Shown here one piece after another: positions 13,866 to 26,089 of a DNA stretch of 64,000 nucleotides; position 1 is the stretch's first letter; every line of letters begins with the position of its first letter. Origin of the DNA: Trichinella spiralis (lineage: Eukaryota). The notes below the pieces were generated by a model. The model searched no databases. It was not told where the DNA came from and saw only the letters and a list, made by a program, of their open reading frames with translations. The stretch covers positions 9,160,849-9,224,848 of the forward strand of contig NW_003526943.1 in assembly GCF_000181795.1 (NCBI RefSeq). The letters run 5' to 3'. A program made the translations under genes and the position numbers.

Positions 13866-14785
13866 AAGAAGTCTAAAAAGATCTGCGAGATCGGTTCTTC
13901 CGCCAGCTTCGCGCATTGATCCTTCCATCGGGATTGTACGTCTTGTGGCAATTCGGACACCAGATGCGGTAGTGCCATCCGAAAACCGGATACAGCGATG
14001 TCGAGATTCTTTCCAATTGCCTTCAGTTCTATTAGATGGCCGTTTAGCTTGTCATGCAGAGCTAGCAGACCTTCCCTTCCTTTGGCGACCTCCTTTGGGA
14101 CGCTAAAGATCTTGAGGATGTGCGCGTCCAACACGTCCGATACCCGATAGAATCGGTCGTGTAATAGTTGCACCACAGCCGGGTAGTTTTCGGCTGCTGT
14201 TGTCACGCCGCTGATTGCATGTAGTGCTGCGCCAGCCAAGCAAGATCGAAGATGCACGAATTTGGTGACATCTTCGAGGTCTTCTCTCCGGTGTACTGCT
14301 GCATTAAACTGATCCCAGAAGGCCTTGAATTGGAGGATGTCTCCATCGAACGTTGGCAATTTTGGGATCGGCCTGGTCGAGTTAGGTTTGTGATTGTTGT
14401 TGCTGGTGGCTGGTGGTTGAGCAGTTTCGGTCGGCGATGATGTTTCAGCAGTTGCCAGCAATTCGTCGGCTTGACGTTGTATGGTCTTGAGCTTGTCAAT
14501 TAGCTCGTCGAATTCGATCATTGCTGCGTCTCTTTCTTCCTCCGGCATGCTATCCAGGTGACGTTGCCGTGAATCGAAGAAGAGTTGTGTTATGCGTCCC
14601 AATGTTCCAGTTACTTCGCGGATGGCTTCTATGTCAGTCGGTCAAGCGCAAAGCCCTTGCAGTCGATCCATCCAATAATTCAGTGCCGATCCTTCGGAGT
14701 CATACGTCCTGATTCGGCTCTTCTGACTGGTCATGTTTCTGGACGAGTCGTCTGGGGAGGATGTTTGATCGCTGGTTGTATCCAT
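13866..14785 (-). pseudogene. BEL/Pao gag fragment (DUF1759-type), inverted relative to the LTRs
   Basis: PKLPTFDGDILQFKAFWDQFNAAVHRREDLEDVTKFVHLRSCLAGAAL...ENYPAVVQLLHDRF is a typical BEL gag. In-frame TGA at 14642-14644; truncated after FLDFLA. Confidence 0.88.
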
Positions 14786-14807
14786 AGGTCGCTGGTTCGA
14801 CTCCGGC
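14780..14807 (+). other. tRNA-Tyr 3'-half-like sequence (remnant of an extended primer-binding region on the gag strand); not a tRNA gene
   Basis: ATCCATAGGTCGCTGGTTCGACTCCGGC matches the 3' anticodon stem, variable loop and T-arm of metazoan tRNA-Tyr(GTA) as recalled (ATCC[A/T]TAGGTCGCTGGTTC[A/G]ANTCCGGC). It lies immediately 5' of gag on the minus strand. Confidence 0.75.
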
Positions 14808-15200
14808 CCATTTTTTAATTGGTCGTGAGCTCTCAAGATTGCCGAGTGTGACAATGGAAAGATACCGGTGCAACGACACAGCAAGTGGGGTGAATCATCT
14901 GGTGCGAAGATGACGATATCAACAACGCCTGACTACTCAACTATGGAGACGGTGGAAACAAGAATACATCACAACCTTTGCTCCACGTAAAAAATGGCGT
15001 AAAACCGGTCAAGAGCCCAGAGTGGGAGATATTGTGTTGGTGCATGAACCCGGTACAACTTGGAGCAAGTGGCTGATCGGTAGAATCACGGATATTCATC
15101 CCAGTGAAGATGGTGTAATCAGATCAGTAACGGTGAAGACTAAACAAGGCGCCGTGACCCGGTCAGCCAGATCACTCCGCCTGGTGGAATCATCCAGTGA
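14800..15200 (+). pseudogene. BEL/Pao integrase C-terminal region (DUF5641-type)
   Basis: TPAHFLIGRELSRLP...LVRR*RYQQRLTTQLWRRWKQEY...PRVGDIVLVHE...WLIGRITDIHPSEDGVIRSVTVKT; one in-frame stop. Confidence 0.88.
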
Positions 15201-15237
15201 TGCATTACAATCCGGTTCACATTTGGGGGGTGGGAGG

Positions 15238-15812
15238 TGTTGAGAAATCTTTTCTCAATACCTGCTCATCAGTACCAAAAAACATTGCTCAGTGTACGAA
15301 AACAACGGTGACGTAACACCAGCCGCTTCCCTTGTTTTTCTCAATGGAAAGCAATGGAATAGCAATTAAGCGGTCAAAAGATCAGCGACTTGTCATGTAT
15401 CTGCCACAACTCCGGTGATCAGCTGCTGAAAAAGCGTCAAAGTGAAATGTGGCTGACAGCGTGGCTGTTCAGACGAGGCGAAGCCGCACAGTACAAACCA
15501 CTGCACAACCATCCCGGTTGCTGAATTGCTTTTCGAAGATTTAGGCCACAGAAGCGGAGTGAGGTCAAGAAAAAGATATAAATACGAGTGAGGAGGGAGG
15601 AGAGAAGATTACACGATTTCCAAGATTACACGGAACACGCCGTCTCGAAGACCGTCTGAACCATTTTCTCTCGCTATATCATTGTTGTTACTCACTGTTT
15701 ATTCTGAATAAATCAAAACTTAGTCACACCCGCTGTCGTTGATTTCCTATAATTAATCTATACAGTCTACTACAAAAGAGATCTTCAAGTTCAAAACAAA
15801 AAATCCCTAACA
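15238..15812 (+). repeat. 3' LTR (~575 bp) preceded by a polypurine tract
   Basis: PPT GGGGGGTGGGAGG directly precedes TGTTG at 15238. TATAAATA near 15577, AATAAA near 15707, ends TAACA. Confidence 0.88.
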
Positions 15813-17591
15813 CACACTATTTGTTACCAAACATTAAAAATTTTATTTTATTTCACTTAAAGTTTCGAAATATATAACCAATAAATAAGACAAGTGTTGC
15901 GTACAACGTTTACTCGATCGAACACGAAACACACACACCACGCTAGCTAACTAACTAATTATTTTTTTATATCAACAACCATACTGTTTGTGGGTTAATA
16001 ATGAGTAGGTATCAATCATCAATTAAGTACAGTATGACGGTTCCGCTACACAAGTAATACTTTCTTCTTTGAAGTAAACATGGTGGATTAATAAAAAACA
16101 CTTAAAAAGTTCGATAGCGAATTCAATGTTTTACTGAAAATAATCCGAAGCATACTGTAGATATGTTATTTTTGAAGGACAAACACATCAGTGATATTTG
16201 AAACTCAAGATCGACTCATTAAAGGAAATGCTTCGTGTCCTTGACCTTTTGTGAATGGAAGCCCTTTGGAAGTTTAATTGAACAAAGAAGAGCCAACGAT
16301 TATTTTTTCTCCTTTCAACTTTTGTAGAACTTTCCTTACGTTAACAGTTCAAATTGACAAGCATTTGAAAATGCTATTGCTAATTACAAAATTATGTTTC
16401 AAGTAACATAATAACCAAAGATGAATCATTTACATCAAATAATTTCACTATTAACCTTCGGACAAGTTGCCAGATGTAATAGCAAAATTTGCATGAAAAA
16501 CATCATAAATATCACGTTACACTACTGAACAATGCTTGAGAACGTGAAATAAATAGACGCGGTTTTTATCAACTTGAGATAATTGTTAATTTGCTTTTTT
16601 CTTGTCAATGCTTTACATCGTCGTATAAATTTAAATGTAGAAACATCCATTTTGACAAAGCGTATTTCATGGACGGATCAGAATCAAGATCAAATGGTCG
16701 ACATATTATTGATTGAGCCTCTTTTTCAGTGTTCAAAGCGTCGAATCTAGTAAAGTGTTACTGATGAACAAGCTGCCAGTGAATAATTTATCTGAAAAAA
16801 TTTTTACTACACTTCAACAGCATAAAACATTGACAGTATTCAAAAAAGAATCAAAAATGTAAAAGATCACAAATAAAAACTACAAATCCATATGCACATG
16901 CAAAATTAAACATGCGATGATATAATCAAAAAATGTGAAAAAAAAAACTGAATTTGACATAGGAATTATGGGGTAAGTTTGAAAATAAATTTGATACGAC
17001 AAACTCATTTGATGTTTTCATTGCATTTTAAAATATAAACATATTTCAAACGAAAATTGCAATATTTCGCTTTCCTACTGCATTTACCATACATTAGAAA
17101 ATTTCATTTATATAAAATGATAAACAACTCATTTTTTCTTGTTTCTGTTTTTAAAAGAATTACGATTTTCAATTCTGGCATTGACTAAAATAAATAATAC
17201 TATAACAATTCGCACAAAACTTTTCTGTGAAATCAAAATACAAAATCGTTGTTAAAAAACTTAAATATATTAAACCAGAAAAATTGTTTAAATTCACAAA
17301 CACTAAAAGGCCGCAGCTTTTGTCAAAAAACACGTTTAATTTCGTTATTAGCTCTGCTGATATCAAAGTTATGCAGCGTCATGTCATTGATTCAAAGAAC
17401 AACACAAAGCCAATTTATTCAATATATTTAAACCGCCACCACAAAGTTAAATGTTAAATGCTTAAATATTAACTTTTGAAAAATTGTACGCATTTATGCG
17501 TACAGTTATTTATTACTAATACTATTATTATTATAAATTATGAAGATAACACACATGATTATAAATATGATTATTATAAATAATAGGATCT

Positions 17592-18152
<561 letters not shown>

Positions 18153-21100
18153 TCACTGAAAAAGAAAATATTTTTTTTTCAAATAATAAAAAATTTCAAT
18201 ACTCTCTACAACGAAATTGACAATTTTCCCGTCAAAGAAGTCGCGCGCTCGTAAAAAGAAAAACAAAACTCGAACATCTCTACGGGCGAGAATTTATATA
18301 AAGAATAAAGAAATTTTAACCAAAAAAAATTCAAAAAATACAAATTATTCATCTACGCGAAAAAAAACCTTCCGCAGTCGACGAATCATTCGTCTATGAT
18401 GACTGCGATTGTGTGAAAAAATAATGAAAAATATGAAAAAATTAGGAATTAAATAATAAATAACAGAAAAATAATTTATAAAAAAATGTTTAAACTGAAA
18501 TGCATTCGTGAAATGAAACCAAAATCGACGACCGACGCAACTTTGAACCACGCACCGAAACCAATGATAATGACAACAACCACGATACTGACGTGAAAAA
18601 AAAGAAATTAAGCGGATTAATTTGAAAAATAACACAAAATTATAGCCATGACAAAAAAAAAATTAAAACTCGTCGCACAAACGCAAAATGAAATAAAGCA
18701 CAAATATCACCAGAGCCATAGCCAAAACCGACGCTCATCAGCTGCAATCACTGTGACAATGGTCAACGACACACTTTCAACAACCCATCAATGTGATGCT
18801 CAAGTTGTTTATTAAAGAAAATTCACATTTTAGAAATGAATTAAAAACTTTAAAATATTATAAAATATTACAGTTTTGATTAAAATTCAACAAAAATTAA
18901 TATTATAAAATGAAATGTCAAATTTGCAAAATTTTTCAATAAAAATTACTTTTGAAAATTAAATCTGTCCAATTGTGCATTCAATTCATAAGAATTTATA
19001 TATGCTTTTTGCCATTAATAATCAATTTTTATTTACATAAAAAATATACAAAAATAAACATAAAACATTATTTTAAGTTTATTTTTACAATCACAGTTTA
19101 TTTTATTTGTTAAAATATCATGTTATTTGTAATAACAAAGAAATTATTAGACATTACTGTAAGAACATGATCATTATTGTACAGTAAGATAATATGTAAA
19201 TTACAGTATACTTAACTGAACTACCGTAGAATAAACACCTGATTCAATACAGTATATGAAGGTCAAAAGTTTATAATTATTTGAAAAGTGTTTAATTAAT
19301 TAAAATTTATAAATAAAATTTAAAACAAATAAATTGACATTTTTATTTTTTTAAAGTAGAATCAAAGTCATTTTACACGTTCTACTTTATATATAAGTTT
19401 GAAAAATCTTCAAACAAAAAATTAATTATATTCGGAATAACTAAAAATTCGGAAAGCTTGAGCATTTTATATCAAATAAATAATTTAAACAAGTTTAAAG
19501 TTACTTCAGTTTTAAACGCGCAATCGATTTAATATAGTTTAAGCGATAAGCCAATAAGAAAGCGCTGATACCGTCGTGACCGAGGTGGACCACAGATTGC
19601 CATTCTTCACTCTACGTTACAAAAATGAACTATTTTAATTTTTGGGCGACTCGATTTTCTTAGTAAAATTGAATAATCACTGCTAAACACTTTTTGTAAA
19701 TAGTTAAAAGCGTTAAACTTTATATATACGCTTAGTTAATGCAGAACTATTTTTTCAAGAGTTGATCAGAATGGAAGCCAGAAAAAATTGAAAATATACA
19801 AGGGAATGTTTTGTTACAAATATGATAAAAGCTTTATGCATATTTCTAGATGAATTTATCAATGCTTTTTGTAATTTTATAAAGCAGTGAGCAGCAAATT
19901 TTTCATTAAGCTGCCTTTGTAAAAATCTTTAACAATCAACTTTCGTGAAGAACAGCTGAAAGTTAATTGTTAATAACAGCTTGTTAATGAAGTAATTCTC
20001 AAGTGTCAACAACGTTAGATGCTAACGACGCTTTGCCAATTTAACCGCTTCACCCGTTTGTAATCACTAAACATCGAGCAGGTCATTCTGAAAGTGTCCG
20101 CTTGATTTTGGCCTCCTTTTTTCATTGGCTGTTCTACGTTGAACACTAATTGGGGTATGAATAATACAATTTCATTAGCTATTCAGCCTTGTTCTGTAAT
20201 TGGACGATGGTTGTTTATAAAATTTTGAACTATAGGTGCTCTGCCAATGACTTACCTTGCATTGACATACATAATCATCCTTTTTTATTTTTGTAAACAA
20301 GATCCTGAGGCAGGCTGTTGTAAAAAATTGCATATTAAATTATTTAAGTTTCGTGATTGAACTTCTTCACATTTGCTCTGCTTTAACGAGTCAAAATGTG
20401 TGTGTTTTCAAGCATAAAACGAAGAAAGGTGATTAGTCATCAGAAAGCCAACAAACAAACAAATACTGTTCACTAGAATGTTCACTAACAGTTGTTTTGC
20501 TCGTCAGCTAAAATACGTGCTTGCTTGCAATTTTAAAAGTTTTATACACATAGTGCGTACGCCTTGGTCAGAAATTGCTTTGCGTTTCTTGCCACATCAG
20601 ATGAGATGATAAAAGTGATTTCATTGGAAATATTAATGATAAATTGTCCACAACTCAAGCTGTTCAGCTGAAACTAGTAGTACCAATTGCGGAATGTTAG
20701 CATTTAAATATTTTTCTATTTTTAATGTGACTGTTCTCTTTCCTGTGTAACGAGCCGTCCGTGCTTGCTTGTCCAGGTGAAAACACCGTCTAATTTCAAA
20801 CAAACAAACAAACAGCATTGTCATAATAAAAGATCTCAAGAATGCAAAAAAACAACATCTCAAGAAATTAAAAAAAAATAAAACGACAGTGAAATACCAC
20901 ACAATTTTTTAACATAAAGCTTATCAATTAAACAAAATGCTATTTAGCGAGAACATATGTACCACATGAACTAATTTAAACCAAGTCTTAATGCTGGTCG
21001 TTATTGATATTTGTCTATGCTGACAATTATCACCTTTCTCAAACATTGCATATATTTCTTATCAAAGAACAACGGCTATGAAGAACTGCGTTTGTTTTTA

Positions 21101-21386
21101 AAGTCACTCCAAAGCAACATCATGTTTTCCAATTTGTGTGCTTTCAATTCTATCATATACGTTACATTTTCCTCTTTATAACAGTAATTTTTAAATTACT
21201 CAACATTTGAATACTGCATAATAATAACGTTTTTTGTCAACGTCAAAAGATATTTTCATCATTCAAATATAAGTTTCATAAAATTTCATAAACTCATTCG
21301 CTGCTTACTTCACTAGATTGAATAGGATGTAAAAATAAGAAACAGCTATTATAGCAGATCAGAACAGATATTTATTAAATTCAAGC

Positions 21387-23893
21387 TCAATCATCTCGAA
21401 CAACTTCACTATTGCCATTAGCAGCAGCTTCTTCGATGGTTTTTCTTTTCTTAACCAATTTGCGAACCTGCAATAGTACTGTGTAAAATATAAACAAATT
21501 TAAATATTTCCAAATCGTGCACACCTCTTTAGCTTGTCTTTTTTGCCCGAATCTTATTTTCTGGTATGCACGACGATATTTTTTCGCAATCATCATCTCT
21601 CGCAATCGCAATTCTTCTTTTTCTTCGGCCAACTTTTTCTGCCCATTATCCTTATGCACAACGCCTGGCTTAACTTCTAAAGCCTTCAATGGATTTTCTG
21701 CAATTTCGGCTTTCCGAGCTTTCCTCATTTTCATGCTCTCCTTCTTCTCCTTTCTTTTAGAAGGCTGCTGATTATTAGATTCACGTGCTTGTAAAGATGC
21801 ATTCACTTTCTCATTTCCACTTTTTTCCAATAAACTGCTCACATCTAATGTTAGAATCAATTTTATTCAAAAAATTTAAATGAGTAACAATAAAAGCAAA
21901 ACATGCTCACCTTTTCCCTGATATTCAAGCAGTTTTATCTTCTCAATTGGAACATAATCTCCTTCCTTTTCTTCCGTAAATGGTGATAAATGCGGCGGAA
22001 GCTTCACTCCAACATAATAATCTTCAACTGGAAGGAGCAGTCGAGCATTTACGCAATCAAAAATCCATTGAGGTTGAATATAAATCCTGAATAAAGTTCA
22101 TAATAATTATAAAACATTGTTTTAGCATTACTTTACCTATTATCAATCATATTCGCAATTGCTGGTCGGTCAACCACTTGATGAGTAATAGTTTCATCAT
22201 TTTCTGAAAATTTACTGCCGTACTCAAAAATCGGATCCCAAGAAACTTCGCCACCACAACAGCTAAACTTCAAAAATGCAAACACATCATCAAATACTAA
22301 TTATGATGCTGCAATCACCGAATGACAAAAGTCAGTGCTTCGCGTGGAACTTCTCGACTAAGGAAAATTTTGAATCCAGCAAAAAGATTCTGAAGCACCT
22401 CGATGCTTCTCATCTGTTCAATTAATTCTTTCTGCACTGAATCTGACTCATCGCCCTTAAATAAACTGCTTAAGAAGAAAAAAAAAGTTTCAAATTATCT
22501 CACTTCAACTGGAAACTCGTCAACAGAATGCTCTTCTGAAGTGTCATTCGCCTCTTTCACCAAATTTTCATTCAAAGAGTATATTTTCTAAAATACATAA
22601 GTTCACGTTGATAAACTAATTAAAACACATGAAACAGCGTACCTCTCGTATTCCCTCATTTTTAGAAAGAACAGTTTGCATACTTCCAACTTTTTTGCCA
22701 ATCTAAAAAATTAATCAAACAAACAAATGTATCTGTTGCCTATTTTAATTTTTCAAAGCTTACTGTTGGAGGATAATGCAAACCAATGCTTCGATATAGA
22801 CGAAAATTGACAAAGCCCATCATAGTCATGTAAAAGTCAATGAACGAGGTCATTACTGACATGTCCACTTCGTATGTATCCTAAGTACAACAAAAGATTT
22901 CGCATTTTTTAAATCTTACTTTAAAATTGCAATTACTTCAATACAGCGATCGTGAGGAACAATCCAAGTTACACTGTTACCCATTATATCGGCTTGAAAG
23001 TATATTCCTTTGATAGAAACAAATACCTTAAAAAGTTAAATTTTATACATAATACATATTTAGAAAATAAAAATTTTACCTTTCGAAGACCTTTGCTATG
23101 GATTACATAGTGCATGAATTCAACGGTGAGACGACGACATGTATGCGGCATTGTGCTAGGAACTGTTTTACTTCGGTGTAATCTTGAAAATAGAAAACAC
23201 ATACACAATGCATCGTCCAGGTCACGTAGTGCATCCATAAATGTTGGATATCTATAAATACATTCAAAACATGAAAAATAAAATACAAAAATTTACATTT
23301 TAAAAGAGGCTTGTGAGATAATTAAGAATGAATATTATAATAATTACCTTTCTTTTACAATATGATCATATTTAAAAACGGGACGACTGTGAAAAATCCT
23401 TTTCGCATCTTTAAACTGTCCATTAAGTTTTGCTCGTCTCAGTCGTCTGAGAAATACCTAACAACAAGGAAACTGTTTATTTAAAAAATTCTCCATGCAA
23501 AATAATAAAAATTATAATCAAAACTTACTTTATATTCTCGAAATTTCTGAATAATTGGCTCATGAGCAAGAAAACATATATCTTTAACAAGATACCAAGT
23601 TTTGGTCACGTTGCCTCCTTTGTTTACGCGCTTTTTATGTTTTGGTTCATGTGGATAAATTCCCTTTAAAATGCACAATCGCCTAAATATAGTTAATAAG
23701 TAAAAAACTGTAAAGAACTGTAAACCAAAAGCAAACCTAAAATCTTTCAGCGTTAAACCTAACTTCCTAAGAGCCCTTTGTCTAGAAATGTAGCTAGTAG
23801 CTTCACCACGTTCATACTAAAAATACCAGTTTGATTTACTTATAAAAACCGGAAAGTAAATCAAAAACTTACCTTTTTCAATATTTTACCCAT
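21387..23893 (-). CDS. PES1: Pescadillo homolog (PES1/NOP7), multi-exon
   Basis: [54 protein letters not shown] region [16 protein letters not shown]...[32 protein letters not shown]. Confidence 0.95.
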
Positions 23894-24566
23894 TTTCTAA
23901 ATTTGCTGATTCCACGCAAAGTACAGTACTTTTCATGTAAAAAGTATTATTTGCACTATCTGCTGATGCATGCCTTTTCTTATAATTTATGAAAGCATTT
24001 TTTGTCACATAATTTATTATAAACTAATTTTTACAAATTCAGGCATCCATTATTAATGCATATAATTAATTAATGCTTTTCGTTTACTGTATAAAACCAA
24101 TTATCATAAAATTATGCACAGAAATTATTAAAAACTTTAAATACTTTAAATTACAATTCATAAATTTAATTTATAGCATTATAATTTTTTGTAATTTTAT
24201 GCTGCTTATATTTTGTGATAAACTGTAAAATTTAAAACTTCATCTTTATAAAATATATAGTTATAATAAATTAATTTAATTTATAAATTTATGATTTATA
24301 CACTTATTTTAAGTTTCATAATGCCATAATTTGATTTATTTTAATTTTTATTTGAAGAAACAAATATAGTACCTTATTGTTATTTATATCTTTCTGTATC
24401 TTGTAGAGTTGTCGTTATTAACGTGGCAAACTGAAGTGATGATTTGTTCTGCATTTATTAGTTTATTTATTAATTTTTGACGCTGTTAATTATTTAGATT
24501 TTTTAATGAATATATGATGAAGTCTAGTCCATTTTATTTTAGTAAATTTTTAACGACCGGTATACG

Positions 24567-25715
24567 ATGAAAGCCATTGAATCTCATCAAATAATAAAAG
24601 TTCCATCTGACGGTAATTTGCTTTAAAAAATTTATATAATTGTAGTGTTTTTATTTAGTTGAACGTAAATATAATGCTTATTTTAAATTAATTTTCAGTT
24701 ACTGTTTATTATTTCTGGCTTCAATTTAATTTGTCATCCATTTTATTTATTTAGTTTATCGTAGAAGCTGTTTTTCCACTGCAATATATTTCTTTTAGTA
24801 CAAGCATTTATTAAATCTGGAATCGTAAAAATAAAGGGACCACGTGGAGAACTAGTGCGTAATTTTAAGCATGCGCACTTGGACATCCAAAAGATGGGAA
24901 AGAAAAAAATCATCGTCCGGAAATGGTTCGGCATTCGTAAAGAATTAGCGGTGATTAGAACCGTTTCAAGTCACATTGAAAATATGATCAAAGGAGTGCG
25001 CTTTGTACGTTGAATTTTTGAATTTTTTAAAATTTCTTTTAACAATTGCGATTTTTAGGGTTATCGTTATAAGATGAGATCAGTATATGCTCATTTTCCA
25101 ATCAATTTGAATATACAAGACAAATCTGTTGTTGAAGTTCGAAATTTATGACTATATGAAATAATTTGTATCAAAGCGTTTGTTCTTCTAGATTCGAAAT
25201 TTCTTGGGAGAAAAATTTATACGCCGCGTTGAAATGCCAGAAGGTGTAACAGCAGCATTATCTGCAAATCAAAAAGATGAACTTATTATTGAAGGAAATG
25301 ATTTGGAAAAGGTTTCTCGAGCAGGTAAAGTGACATTTTGTGGTGAACCGTGACTTCAATTTTTGTCATTTCTTCAATCCATGAGTTGATTTCATTCATT
25401 TTTATGTATTTTTAAGTAATATATTGTATAGTTGTTTAATAATGTTAAAGTTATAATATCAATAATTTTTATTTTATTTTTAAATTAATTATGGTAGTTT
25501 TACTGAAATTTGAATACTTTTTACAATTTAAATGTTTTTAGACAGGATTCAGAAAATTGCATTTTTTGGGTTGAAAGTCTTTAATGAACTCGAATTTAAA
25601 TTATTTTTTAGCGGCAAGAATTCAGCAGTCGACTAGCGTGAAGAATAAAGATATTCGCAAATTTTTAGATGGCATTTATGTATCAGAAAAAGGTCACATT
25701 GCGACTGAAGCATGA
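24567..25715 (+). CDS. RPL9: 60S ribosomal protein L9 (uL6), 5 coding exons
   Basis: [109 protein letters not shown]. Confidence 0.96.
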
Positions 25716-26089
25716 ATTCTTGTTGAGTGATTAAAAAGTAAAGAAAAAAAATTTTTTAAATGCATTTTTATTTTTATTTGAATTAAAAAAGGCATCTTAA
25801 AAAGTAATTTAAAAAAAGTTCAGTAAAAGGTAAATAATCATAATATTGAGTGCACAAATACTGTGCAATTAATTATATGTATTAGTTGTAGTGTTTTGTA
25901 TTTCCAGTTTTTAATACTGCTCAAAACGGTGAGATGAAATTAACATGGCAAAGCAGAGTTTGATATTTGCGAATATTTTATTCGAAATATTTGATAAACA
26001 ACAATAAGCAGAAGTGATGAAAGTTGATAAAAAGAACTTTTTAATTTTTTGTTCACTACAGTGCTCGTCAATCATACAGAGGGAAACTT

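Larger units (their letters stand above)
13650..15812 (+). mobile_element. BEL/Pao LTR retrotransposon, internally deleted and partly inverted
   Basis: Starts TGTTG (13650) and ends TAACA (15812). 5-bp flanks CACGC / CACAC form a TSD with one mismatch. Order: truncated 5' LTR, gag on the minus strand, integrase C-term on the plus strand, polypurine tract, full 3' LTR. Confidence 0.9.

Noticed and set aside
24437..24610. C/D-box-like motifs (RTGATGA...CTGA) near the RPL9 start
   Set aside because: The D box falls inside coding exon 1, and no terminal stem or guide sequence is evident.
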